Source: Bugula neritina (Eukaryota > Animalia > Bryozoa). From it: 64,000 bases of DNA. The position numbers and the translations under genes were made by a program. Of the stretch, positions 23,801 through 36,839 are shown piece by piece. The DNA lies in contig OZ037767.1 of NCBI GenBank assembly GCA_964035545.1, forward strand, positions 1,251,680 to 1,315,679, given 5' to 3'. The first letter of the stretch is position 1. Each line of letters opens with the position of its first letter. Under the pieces are notes generated by a model, which made no database searches, was not told the origin of the DNA, and saw only the letters and a program-made list of their open reading frames with translations.

Positions 23801-26800
23801 AAAATTTTTCAATTAGCCAAGTAACTTATAAAAACTCACGCAAGTTTATAGTCGCTATCCCTGTGAGAAACCCCTGATAGAAAGGGTTTTTGTTAGAACG
23901 GGCTAAGGACATGTTCAAATGAGGCACAGGAGCAATAATTTATGACTGGATGCTCTTCCTAACATCACCAATGGCCTTTGTCGGGGTTTGAACCCACAAC
24001 TTCGTGTTCACAAAGCGAACGCTCTAACCCCTAGACCACGGCTGCTCCCAAGTAACTTATGTAGCTTTTAAATTGTTTATATATGCAGTTTAACAAAGTA
24101 ATAGAATATTTTTTTAGAAAAAGAAATAGTAAATTTAGGTGACAAAAATTGTTCTACTAATGTTCTAGTTAAATAAGATGACATGAACAGTTTGAGTGAT
24201 TTGCTCTATCAACTATTCATCAGATTTGAAAACTGCATGTCATCATAAAATATACAAAATAGCACATACAAAGCTTGTTTACTTTGCAGTGTGGAGTGAG
24301 CCCGTTTGGATCCACTTAACATTACGCAGCTATCTACTCAACAAATAGGTGCTCACTAACAACTTAGCTCCTACTACCTTATTTCTAAAATATTTAAAGG
24401 TAAGGGTTCACTCCTCAATGCTAAGCTTATCCTAGAAGACTCTCACCTATAAATAAGGTATATGTATTAAATTGCCCATTAAACTACATCATTGCCAAGA
24501 ATGAGTATCTATTACCTATCTTTGGACTAATGAGCGTGTTATTTTGGTACATGGTACTGTTGGCTACGGCTGGAGCTGTTTCCCTGTAGTCTAGAACATA
24601 TGGCTCCATCGTCTCCCTGAATAGCAAATTATTTAGAAGTACAAGAAGATAGCTTTTAAAATGTTTACAGCTGCAGTCATAACAGTTGTAAGCAGGTAGT
24701 AAACATTAGAGCTCAACATTCAATACACAAAACATTGCAAAATACAGTAAAACTAGAACCAAAATTCAACAAATTACCTTCTCAGTTTACGATATCAAAC
24801 AGTCTTTTGTTAACTTGTAACAGTATATAGTAGATATCTTTAGCTTGTTTATTAACTTCTACCCAAGTATCATTTTTTGTAGGTCAGTGTTACATAACAA
24901 TTGTACCTGTTTTGGTGTCATTTCTTTGGTCATTGCCACATAGCAAGCAAATACCTGTTGACGAAGTTTTGGGTTTGTTAGGTTATTCTGGAACCAACAT
25001 CAAGTACCTGACAAGTCAAGTGCTTCAGAAGTACCTGTTGACTTAAAACACTCATAAAACTCACCTGTTATAGTAGGTAGTGAAACCCCCTCCACCTATA
25101 CCACTAGATAGAGATCTGGTCACACCGAGACACAACGAGACTGCTATCATTGCATCTATCCCAGAACCCCCTTCAGCTAACATCTGCCTGTAAACATATT
25201 GTTATACATAGAGCTATGGTGTTATAGTGTAGTAATAGAGTAATATATTGATATAGCATATAGTAATATATAGTATATTATAGTAACATAGTCATATAAT
25301 AACATAGTACCTAATATGTTAATACAGCAACATTCAGTAATATAGCATATCGTATAATATAGTGATATAATAGCAATTTGTCAGCTGATAACATGTTATT
25401 TTGATAAACTAAAATGTCTAAAGTAGATGATACTGAATAGATGGTATATATTATCCTTAATTATCATAATCTTATTCTAGAGCTCAAATACACATAATAA
25501 ACTTCCACTCTATGCTACATTCATGACCCCTCTTGATGGCTTTTTAAATCTTATCAACAAACAGCATATAATATGCTACAACTTGATATTCTAATAGTTT
25601 GGCTTTACTCTATTTACACTCCGATAGTTGAGCAGTTCTTCTCAGCACAAGCAACGCTGGCAAATCTGTATACATTCTCAGAGTCATCTGGAACTGACGG
25701 CCATATTACTTCATCAGTTTGTACGTCTGCTCCAGAAATATCACTCTCCTCTGTGAATATCAGCAGTAAAACTAGCAGAATGTTTAGATGTGGAAACAGT
25801 CACTTAGACTTAAAGCATAATGTTGTTTGATTCAGTAATAAAATATAATAACACACTATATGATAGTATATAATAGAATAATACACTAATATAATAAATA
25901 ATATAATAAAGTAATGTAAAACATGTAACTACATTACATTGCTAATTTAAAACACTTTGTTTTATGCATTCAAGTACAAAAATTACACAATTTAGCAACA
26001 AGTTTAAAGGCCCAGATAATAAGATTCCTTTCTCTTAGGGTACAGACAGCTTCTTATGCTACAATACAATGATCAGTTACTGGACCATCAACAGCCTTTC
26101 TTAACAGCTCATTGTTTCCACATGTTGTTACATTCATCACTCAGTACATGGTAATAACAACAGCACAATGTCTGTACATAACAACTTGTCTTATAGAAAA
26201 CTGACAAATCACATGAATTTATAAACTTAGCATTAGATCATAGAAAGCTGAACGAGCTAAGTACAACTATATTGTCACATTGCTGCTTTGTGTTTTCTAT
26301 CCGCTGAAATACTATTCGATTAAAAATCTACTGCTAGTTATTCCTCCAATAAAATTTAGAAGTACATATGTTTTCAAAGTTTGCTAGTTTATTTGTTTGG
26401 GAAAATAATTTTGAAGCAGTTTTTGGGGGATTTTTGCAGTTTATGTTTGCTAATTCAGTTTTACCTCCTACTGGTAATTGCTACTTGTAAATCAGTAGTA
26501 TTGCTTAAAAGATACTTAAAACTTAAAAGCTGTGCTACTATAAACTCATCCTCCAATAATCTATGTAACAGAAACCAAAGGCATCAAGCCAACAAAGCCA
26601 GCAATAAATATAATGTACAGCTGTAACTGAAACACACACACACACACACAAACTATTTTAGTCCTGTCTCTATAATGAATGATTGCCAAACAGTTCATCA
26701 TAATTTATGGTTATTTAATTATCATTCTATTGGTTTTTTTACAAAAGCCGTTTCCTTGTTTTCATTATAATAAAAAGTCATCAAACAGCAAGCAATCTGT

Positions 26801-29368
26801 CTACAAGCTATTTTTAAATTACCCTTTATTGGAAATTTATGGCAGCCAGCTTTTCTGTAGCCTAGATTTCTCACATGTTTTTTATTTTAGGTTGGTGCAT
26901 GAGAAAAACCTTCCTATATTTCTTGCTAAGATTGTTGCTAAAAACAGGTTTTATTGGAAACTTTGCAGAGCCTAGCATTTAGCCTGTTTTGATGTAATAC
27001 GACTATCACCACCACACATCCTATTAAAGTTTCATTTTTTAGTTCCAAACCCCCATTTGGTTGACATATGTTTACTTAGTCAGATTCCTACAGACTGTCA
27101 GATATGAGCTAATCAATGATCAGATATTATAGAGGGTTTAGATGAAAAGCTGCAATCAGCATGGTTTTCAAGAGCAGCAGTAATCAATGGACCATATATA
27201 TTATATAATATAAGCTGTCAGTTAGTGTAGACTGTTGTAGAGGTTAAGTAAAGAACCAAACTCTAAATATGACTACAATTTTTTAACAACCATTCAGTCT
27301 AAAAGAAAAGTTATGTTTGTGAATTAGAGTATGGAGGTCAAAACAGAATTCCATTGAGAATTGCCTGACACTAACACACAGAAACTTTGAGTTTAGGTAA
27401 ATCAAATAATATACTTTTGCAACACAAAGCTAACAGGTCTGTAAACTAGAATTATGATTATGATTACCTTATAATACTCACAACTTGAAACTGACACAAA
27501 CTAGGACATTGAAGTACCTACCAGCTCACTGGTACACGCATCTATTTCTATTTTTATGTGACATTGTTCAAATTATACTATTTAAAGTTAGTAAAGTTAG
27601 TTGTATCAGATTTAACCACTTGATGTCACTTGAGTTAACTCACTGATAAGTGTTACATTTTCACACTGATGGTAAAGGGCTATACTCTCTAAGTAGCTGG
27701 TAACTGACCAAGTAGGCTTTGACTTAGCTGTTCTAAATTTTAAACCTCGCACCACTAAAACTGGCTTTTAATGTACCAACACAACTGTCAAATTATTGAC
27801 CTTTGAACTTAATATCAATAGCTACATATGCTAAACCAGCAACCATTAGATTTCAACACTGAAAAGTACCTTGGGTGTAAAACTTCTTCATAAAATTGAA
27901 TTTGTATACTAATATTTTGCACATTATTATCAAAACATTCATCTAAAACAACAATATATATATATTTGTATACAATTTCTGTGAATTACAAAAGAGATTA
28001 GTTTTAATTTTACACAAGTTCATCTGAGTCAAAACTATAGCCATTTAGTTTAGGATTATAAATTTATATAAAAATTAACCATATGAGGTTATGACTACTT
28101 TAGTAGTGATGGAATCAATTCTTTATTAGTATAAATTGATGACCAAATATTTTAATAAACTACAAAGAACAACTGCATGCTATAATTGGAATTAGTAGTA
28201 TAAACCTGAATTCACCAAATTTAAAACTATGTAAGAATTAAATTTTTTCCTAATTCTTCAAACAAATGACTATATTTTTGCTCAAACAAAAGAGTGTAAA
28301 ACTTGAATAGCTAAAAGTTGCACTGAATGTTTAACAGAAAATATTCAGTTTCCACTTTCAAGCTCAGGTAAATATTTGCTGTTGGAATAAATGCACTGAG
28401 TTGCCCTAAATTCTTTGTCAAACACTAGTTTATCTGTAATCAGGCACTGACCCCTGTGTAATGACAGTGATGGTCATGATGACCTTCATTACTTAGATAC
28501 ATCAACCCTAACACCTGCTTCTTAAATATCGTAATCATTAACTAAAAATTAGTTCAACTTTTGAAGAAAATCCATATTTGCTTTTAAGCATGCAAGAAAG
28601 AGTGCTTAATGGTCTGTGTGGTTATTTTTTCAGGAAATGAAGTATCATTAGTAACTGTAAGCCTTTACCTAGACTGAGTAATCCACCACAAACTTAAAGA
28701 CATCGTAGCTTAGCAACTATTGTAACTTTCTGCTTTGCAGTTCTTAAAAATCCCAATTTATTTTGTATGACAGAAATTTAGCCCAACTTTTCAACCAAAT
28801 AAAAACTGACGCTGACCGCCATCTTTATTTCGAGTATAATCATAATGTCTTAGAATAAAATATTCACAGAAGAGTGTCCATAGAAGAGATTGAGTTGGCT
28901 GTCTGCCAGATAGCACCACCATGTGGTCAGATAGAACTCTCAGGTCTTAATTATATCAGTTGGTAAGTTACGTAGACTTTTATCAACAAATCCTAAGGAT
29001 ATTTAATTTTTTTCAAACTCATTATTTTATCATGTATACTGCCATCTAAAATACTGTTGAATAAGATATGACTATTTTCTTGTAAGCATTTGACTGCCTT
29101 TGCTATTCTTGTTATTTTTAGGTATACTTAATTATTAGTTATTAGTTACTATTTCATATGAAGTTTTTACCAACAGTAACAGTTGCAGTGGAAGAGTGAA
29201 AGAGTCTATAGTAGTTCACTTACCTTGAACTTTCTTGTTGGGGCCTTTGTGCACTGCCCATACAATTACTGCTGTGCAGGCGATGATTATGGCTACTAGA
29301 ATTAGAACCACTAGAACGTATAGAGCAGCTCTGGACTTAGAGGAGAACCCACATATCTCTTTAGCCAT
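20881..29368 (-). CDS. GGT: Gamma-glutamyltranspeptidase, copy C (inverted paralog of copy B, 12 exons, about 619 aa)
   Basis: Exons (minus) 29368-29224, 25750-25618, 25187-25065, 24616-24516, 23624-23438, 23312-23149, 23004-22849, 22680-22532, 22251-22064, 21700-21448, 21291-21178, 21027-20881. Exon sizes equal copy B except exon 1 (+6 nt). Starts MAKEICGFSSKSRAALY, ends GVADGY*. Confidence 0.95.
22393..22535 (-). repeat. Exon-8 donor tandem repeat of GGT-C (6 donor-like sites; same array as 9100-9297)
   Basis: CTCACCT..CACATGTCAACTAATAA units on the + strand. Confidence 0.93.
22752..22880 (-). repeat. Triplication of the last ~31 nt of GGT-C exon 7 plus donor (45/47-bp units)
   Basis: GTAGTTCAGTATATACTCAACATATTAGATG|GTGAG with exon-end positions 22849, 22802 and 22757; single copy in GGT-B. 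Confidence 0.97.
23830..24047 (-). mobile_element. tRNA-derived SINE with 13-bp target-site duplication, in GGT-C intron 4
   Basis: Minus strand starts GAGCAGCCGTGGTCTAGGGGTTAGAGCG (A-box-like), then GGTTCAAACCCC (B-box-like) and central AGGAAGAGCATCCAGTCATAA. TSD CCAAGTAACTTAT at 23817-23829 and 24048-24060. Confidence 0.9.
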
Positions 29369-30816
29369 CTTGAGCTCTGACTGTAGCAGTTACTGAAAAT
29401 AGTTTCAGGGAAGATGCACCAACTAATATAATATATTGTGACAGTGTGTTATAGGTGATAGCGTGACCATTCAAACTCACCCAATCAGTGAGGATGATTT
29501 TGGAGCAGTGGACCAATCAAAGCTGGCCTTTAGTTCACCATGCCAGTTTAATCTTCAAACATTCATGCTTGGTTTTCACAACAAATATTGCCAAAATTTG
29601 GTAACCAATGCCTATTTGCAATAATAATCAATAGAATTTTTAGGCTGATTTTGAAAAGCTAATTATTTTGCCTGCGTGGTTTGTGACCAGCCGGCATACT
29701 ATTTACTAGAAACCATTACAGCACTTGCTGGACTGTGTGTGTGAGACTGAGACCAAGAATTTATAAGCCAATGGTTGTAAGCTTTGAAATGAGAATTTTT
29801 TTTAAAGACTGGCCTACTCTCTCAACAACAAACTACTAAGCTTTTAACCATATTTTAAATTATCAGATACCAAATGTGGCAAAATAATATCTTTTACGTT
29901 GTTAGCTCCTCAAATATTTTGACCTTGGATATTTTCTGTTTGTTATCTTGAGTAGCTAAATTAATCCATAGAAAAGTTGCTTGCATATGATAATCAGTTG
30001 GCACAAATAGCTACGTCATCTAATGCTCTTCTCATTGAGCAACCCGGGATGCAGCAGCACATGTATGTTAATATATTCTACGTAAATACATCCACAGAGT
30101 GTGTGCCAAGCTACTATGCTTCGCTGTAGAAATTTCTAGAAACGCAAATATGTTTAAAGCTTTTACGTGTGTCTCATAAGACACATCTGTCTATGCAGCC
30201 TGTATTTTTAGTAAAGTGCTAGACAATTAATGTTATATAAACATACACCTATTAGATGCATCTCTGTGTAAACTATAGAAGTTAAACAAGGCTGTTTTAT
30301 GTCACAAATCAATAATAAATTTAAAATTATCTTGAATATTTATGACAGGGCATGTGACATTTGCCACACTTAATAAACACAAGTCTATAGCTGCAGTATA
30401 AATATGTATATTACATATTTGTATTGAATGGCAGGTGCATACAGTGAAAGCATTTGTATTATTCAAATATCACGGACATAAATTAGCAAGCAGGCATAAT
30501 AAAAAGCACTTTAAAATGAAAAAGATAAACCGTAACCATGGAAACATAATATTGTTGTGTTACCATACAATAGACTACCACTACCCAATACTTATATTCT
30601 AATTTATGTAAATTTTTTGAAAAGACACTTAAAAAAACATAAACTAAAAATGTAAAGCTGTGTGCTGCATACGTGGCAGTTTTAACATTCTATTATAGCA
30701 TACCGTTCAAAATATGTTGGTATTGCTGAAGCATGACATATTCATTTGAATTTGCTAAAAACTGCAACCCAGTTAACTAATTTCAGTATTCTGCAGTTGG
30801 CGGAAGTACAAACGAT

Positions 30817-33800
30817 CTAGTCTCTTTCTCTGTCCTTGTCTATACGGAATATTCTATCATTGTTGCTTCGCCGTGGCAAGCCAAATTTCTTCTTCTCTGT
30901 AAGCTCATTGTTGTTGAGTTGGTCTGGCTGAACAATAGCCTGTGATTCCTGCCTAGAACTTCCTGCCTTAGACTGAGGAACTTGCGCAAACACTGAGCCA
31001 TCTCTTGCCGTCATATACGGCCCCCAAAACCCACCATTTCTTCTTGGATTACATCTAAACAAAAACATGGGTGAAATAACAACCTGTGAGAATAAGAATG
31101 TTATTGATAGCCTTTTAATGATTAGACTTGGATGTGGTAACAGAGTATGTTTGTTGTTTCAGTACCGGATGATAAACTGTACTTCCTCATAAAAGTTACC
31201 ATTACTAGTAGCCCAGTCAACTAGTAGCCGAGTCAACTAGTAGCCCAGTCAACTAGTAGCCGAGTCAACTAGTAGCCGAGTCAACTAGTAGCCGAGTCAA
31301 CTAGTAGCCCAGTCAACCAGTAGCCCAGTCAACCAGTAGCCCAGTCAACCAGTAGCCCAGTCAACCAGTAGCCCAGTCAACCAGTAGCCCAGTCAACCAG
31401 TAGCCCAGTCAACCAGTAGCCCAGTCAACCAGTAGCCCGGTCAACTAGTAGCCCGGTCAACTAGTAGCTGAGTCAACTAGTAGCTGAGTCAACTAGTAGC
31501 CGAGTCAACTAGTAGCCCAGTCAACTAGTAGCTGAGTCAACAGAAAGTCTGCTGCTGATTCAGCGCCAATAGATAATTTAGAACTCATTTAATTTACAGA
31601 AGTTTTGAGTATTAATAAGCTTTTTCTTAGTGTATACTCAAGTTCAAAACTACATAGAGCATAAAATTATAATTAATTATCAACTAGTAAGTAAATAGAG
31701 TGTTTATCACCACAGTTCACTTATATCCGAACTTGAAGTTTTCAATCTTGAGCCAAAAGTAAAATTCAACTATAAACACTACAAGGTGAGATGAGCATTA
31801 AGTGAATTTATGCATTGATTTTGTTTATAGTGCAGATTGAATCGTAATAAATTTAAGAAAGTGATTGAATTGATATCTAAATAAAAAATTATACTTGACT
31901 TTTCTTACAGTCTACACTCTCTCAAGCAGTTCTCTTTCACTCACTTGGTGGTTAGGGGTGGGTTATGCACTTTCAGTGCCCCTCCCTTATACTTTGCCAG
32001 CGCCTTTAGAAGATCGTTGGCAACGTCAGGCATCACGTCTACTAAGTTGAAGGTCTCATAGGGGTCTGTCCTCAGGTTAAACAGGAAGAGCGACTCATTC
32101 AACCGGCTCCCCCTGTTGGTGATTTTCTTGCCATACGAAGCATCTAAAACAGGCAGCCATTTTGTCACATAAGGCATACCTAAGTTCAACAAAAGCCCGT
32201 TAGCTGAAATCAGCATAACTTTACTTACTACAGAGTGTCAGCAACTTTGCTTTATTAAGAAAGTATCTACATGAAACTATAAATTACAATGTCATACAGC
32301 AAAAGCTAAAAACCTTCATAAAATTTTTGAGAGCTTACAAAGCTCATAATCTTGTTGCGGGTTAGGCACCCACAGATGGTACCCTGGGTGTCCAGTCAAG
32401 AGCTTCCAGTCTGTACGTCTGATGGCCGCTTGTATTCTTGTGTCGAATACAGTACTTTGACTTCTTTCATGGGAAGATAACTCTAGGTCATCTAATCCAA
32501 TCAGCACTTCCTGTATCCATGGCAACATAGTGGTATCATTGAATAATATTATTTTATTGTTCAACTCTCAACTTTAACTCAAACTCAGTTTAATATATTT
32601 CAAGTAAGTATTAGTTATGAGTCATAACATATATATGCACTCATTATTGGTGCTGCAAGCTATCTGCTTATCTGTTTATTTACAGTTCATCTATTTATAG
32701 CTCAATGATACTATCAATAGAATCAACCAGCATTTTTAGTTTCAACTCCTAAACTTTTAGAGTTGATTAATAATAGTAATACCAGAAGAGAGGAGCTAGC
32801 TGTACGAAACTATACAACTATATGGTATAGTGCCTTTCATTTTTAGGTGAATAATTTTTATAGCATTAATGTATTAAAGCTTATGTATAATATATAATAC
32901 TACATAATACCGTATAATATAACACATTGTATTACAAACTGCTACAGCGTACATAGTTTTATGCAATTCCCTTTAGCCATGGTCAAGTTAGTCAGTTCAA
33001 GAGTTTAATTTCCATCTCTGGAACTATAAGTATAATGTGTTTAGTATTTTATGTTTACTAAACAACCTTAGCCCTTATCTGCTGTACTACCCAGTAAGTA
33101 AACAGAGAAGAGCGTGCAGGTGTGCTTAAACTTCCTCATACTTGCTGATATCTTCAACTTTGCTAATTTTACAGCCACGCCCTCACTTATACAAGAAAAT
33201 CATCTGTCAGCTAGTTTAGTATAAACAATTTTTTGGCAGTGTATATATTCTAAGTCCTAGCTTTTAATTTCTCTATTACTGAAACTATACCTGACTAATT
33301 AGTGAGAAAATTATAGTGTGACTCATTAGAGACTCTTACCTTTCTTGGATTTCCAGATCCGGTTTTCAAAGGCTCCCATTGGTTAATGCCATCTAGGTTT
33401 AATTTGAAGTAATCTCCTCCTGCAAGATGTAACAGTGTTGGCATCCAGTCAGTGATGTGAAATAGCTGTTGGTTTATTACTCCTTTCTGATTTAAAAGAG
33501 GGCTGGATATGAACCCCACTCCTTTCACACCTACAATATATAATAAAATACCAGACACACATAGTATGCCTCAGACCTATATGTGGTTATAATTAGATGT
33601 ATACAGACAGAGTCCAATTGTTTGGTTGAAACTGATGATGTAGCCTACGTCTCAACAATAAAATATTTTATAATAAAACTGATGAAATATGTTGCAATAA
33701 TAAAATATTTTCTTTAATGTTTCCACCAGAACTGTTACCATCAAGTTTAGTGTTGATTGGCAAACCAGGAGCTACCTGCTTCAAATAAAGTATTTTTGTT

Positions 33801-36800
33801 TCCTCTGAAGGGGAAGTTACTTGATCCGGCACTGGCCTGCCCCCCATTGTCTGTTGTAAAGATGATGACTGTGTTGTCATACATACCCTGGTCTTTCAGT
33901 GCCTGCACTACTTTACCTACGCCTTCATCCAAAGCTGTAGTTGTAAAAAACCAAAGTAACATACATTCAGCGAAGGTTGTTGCTCAACTTGTTAATAAAA
34001 AGAAAATTCTATTTGCTGAAATCAGTTTTAAAAAACATTTCTGCCATCAGAACCCTGTTTAGACTTGTGCAATGAATTTAAACTAGCCCCACACATCAAC
34101 CTATTACACAATGTTGAGTAAGTTAAAGTTACAATAAATTTACTACGTGTTTCCATAACCATAAATGCTGCTTGTAAGAGATGATATACCTGCGACCATG
34201 CCTGCCAGACTACGTCGTTTGCTGTCCGAGATGAAACTGTACGGTTGTTCATAGATCTCTGGAACCTGATTGGGTGAGTGGACGGCTGGGTATGAGAGCC
34301 ACATGAAGAGAGGATCAGTCTGATTGGCTCCCATGTGTCTGATAATGTTCTCTGCTCGTCTGGTGTACACGTGAGTAGTATACATTCCATATGCTTTGTT
34401 AGTGGGAGTCGTCCCATCATAGAAATCCACTGCATCTCGACTACCGTACTTTCTATTGCAAGTAGAAGATAGAATCAGCTCATATTGTATAACATAATAT
34501 TATTAAATATAAAAATAAGGACATAAATTTCACACAAAATGATAGAGTCAAATGATATGATATATGTAGTGTTGTGATATGGTGCATGATATGAAATTGT
34601 ATGCATGCGATATATATGATTATATAATATAATATGATATAATATATTATATAACAGTTGTATGATGGAATGTATGTATAATATTTGTCTGTGAGTTTGT
34701 AATCACAATGAATAACATGGTTGGTAAAAAGTGATGCCCCCCTCCCCCTCTCCCCCCCCCCCCCGGCATATGATGAATTGAAAGTGATAGACAAAGTTTT
34801 GTCTAATCTTAGACTGAGTACTTGGTGTGTTTGTAGTGATCTCCACTGCCTAGCAAAGAGCCTCTGAATGTGTCAAATCCTCTGCTCGTAGGTAAATAGT
34901 CTGAAGTGTGATGTCCAAGGTGCCATTTACCTGCAGTGTACTTATAGATAGTTATACATACATATATTTACCTGCAGTGTACATATAGATAGCTACACAT
35001 ACATAATATATTTACCTGTAGTATAAATAGAAATAGCTGCAGATACAGCTGCATGTCCTTTTTTGACACATACATTTATCATGGCAATAAATTAATAGCA
35101 CATTTTTAATTTAATAGAAATTTGTATTTATCTTTTATTAAACTTAGTTTAATAAAAGGTTTTAGTTTTATTGTCAATCCTTAAAAAAATAAATATACAA
35201 ACCACATTATTTAATTTAAGTCTACTAGATAGTAATTAGAGTTGTGGCACCATGACTTCACCTCCGAATATGCTATATTATTATTTAAACATAATTATAC
35301 ACTGTGATGCAAATAGATCTGAAACTGGGGTATAATGTGTTATAATCAACCGCATATACCAATCATGTGTGTGGAATAGTTGAGTTTCTTCATTTCCTCA
35401 GCAAGAGTCGGGTACTGCAGGGGCAACCCGCTAGGTCTGCATGGAGAGAAGTTATTATGTTGAGTCCCCAGATGAATGTTATACTTCCCTGCAAGGAGGA
35501 TATATATACATGAGGGAATATACAATATTATACTTCCCTGTGAGGATGATATATACATGAGGGAATATACAATATTATACTTCCCTGTGAGGAGGATATA
35601 TACATGAGGGAATATTAGATAAAATGTAATGCAAAATATGCATAGGGGAAGTAGTGTAACAATATTGTACTAAGATGTTATAATATGAAATCTGCGCATA
35701 GCATATTTCCGTAAGACATTATAATATAATGTGAAGTATGATGCATGATGACCATGTGGTATGTTGAAACAGTGCTAGCTTGTAAAATATATAAATATGG
35801 CATTTTATATCATAATATATTTCACTACTGTTTATAGGAGAGAAAATAGCATTTAAGATAAAATAATTATTGTATTGCAGGATAAGCTAATGTTCACCAC
35901 TTAACTTTAATCATTGCATTGTTTGTTAATTATTTTGACAAAATAAAGCAGTACTAGTTAGTAGTTACCACCTCAAAATAATTTCCTGATGAAGTTTATT
36001 CCACAGCATATTTTGTGTTTTCAATAAGATTTTTAAGAGTTATCTTCACCTGAGAGAAACTGAGTTCTAGAGGGGCCACATTGAGGTGACATATAATAGT
36101 TTTCTAGCCTGACTCCCTCTAAAGCTAGCTGGTCTATGTTAGGGGTGTGTATCTCACTGCCGTGGTACCCGACGTCATTATAGCCTAAGTCATCGGCCAT
36201 TATCATCACAATGTTGGGCCTCAGGCCATCTTGACTTTGGCCAGCAGTTGGTTGAAGAGTAAGTAGAGATAGGAAGAGCAACCGTTGCCATGGTTTCCCC
36301 TAACAAACATTTGGAAATTAAATTAGTTACTACAACTGAGAGTGAAATACTGCGGTATACCATTATGTATACATGGTTCTGTTGTACGGAATATATTTTA
36401 TATAAAATGAGTTGTAAAACAATATAGACTTGCATATTAAATGTTCTTACTGTTCTCACTACGTTCTCACTGTCATTACTAAGCCATTTTTCCTATATAT
36501 TTAAAACTATTATTATAGCTGGTACACAGCTATGTCTTATGTAACAAAAAATGTGGTAGATTGGTTGTTGGCAATACTCCACACAGTTTAAGGGTGGTGG
36601 GTATTATATATTATATTATAATTATCACTCATCCATATAGCCATATTTACTAGTATATATTATAATATACGTATTATAGCAATACGATGCATGCTCGTGT
36701 GTGCTAAATATTCTAATTGTTGTTGACATATTTACTGTAAGTATTTACTATAACACATGTAAGAATAATAGATATGTAAGTATAGTATAGTATAGTATAG

Positions 36801-36839
36801 TAAGTATGATAGTGTATATAATTATATGCTTACGTTCAT
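30817..36839 (-). CDS. Arylsulfatase, ARSB/ARSI/ARSJ-like formylglycine-dependent sulfatase (10 exons, about 591 aa)
   Basis: Exons (minus) 36839-36834 (inferred ATG AAC micro-exon, least certain), 36299-36050, 35488-35360, 34930-34822, 34452-34190, 33934-33776, 33530-33340, 32510-32339, 32203-31945, 31054-30817. Signal peptide; [26 protein letters not shown] (CxPxR), [50 protein letters not shown]. Confidence 0.93.
31204..31540. repeat. 16-bp minisatellite (AC(T/C)AGTAGCC(C/G)AGTCA) x~21, in the last arylsulfatase intron
   Basis: Directly visible; variant units are arranged in blocks. Confidence 0.98.
34925..35025 (-). repeat. 41/44-bp tandem repeat x3 of the arylsulfatase exon-4 acceptor (CAG|GTAAAT)
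   Basis: ATTTACCTG(C/T)AGT on +; exon-start-equivalent positions 34930, 34971, 35015. Confidence 0.9.
35478..35615 (-). repeat. 47/49-bp tandem repeat x3 of the arylsulfatase exon-3 acceptor plus first exon bases
   Basis: CAG|GGAAGTATAA with exon-start-equivalent positions 35488, 35537, 35584. Confidence 0.93.

Noticed and set aside
23975-24047. Possible tRNA gene on the minus strand
   Set aside because: A/B boxes are present, but it is the head of a ~218-bp element with a TSD and a second copy, so a SINE.
7130-31540. CRISPR-like appearance of the tandem arrays (e.g. 7130, 9100, 31204)
   Set aside because: Units are head-to-tail without unique spacers, there are no cas genes, and the context is spliceosomal introns.
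34736-34764. C-rich tract (G-quadruplex potential on the arylsulfatase sense strand)
   Set aside because: Simple low-complexity run with no further support.
36190-36291. ATG in strong Kozak context at 36291 as arylsulfatase start, implying a frameshifted pseudogene
   Set aside because: Out of frame with the sulfatase. An acceptor at 36300 plus an upstream ATG AAC|GTAAGC micro-exon restores an intact signal peptide; this needs RNA confirmation.
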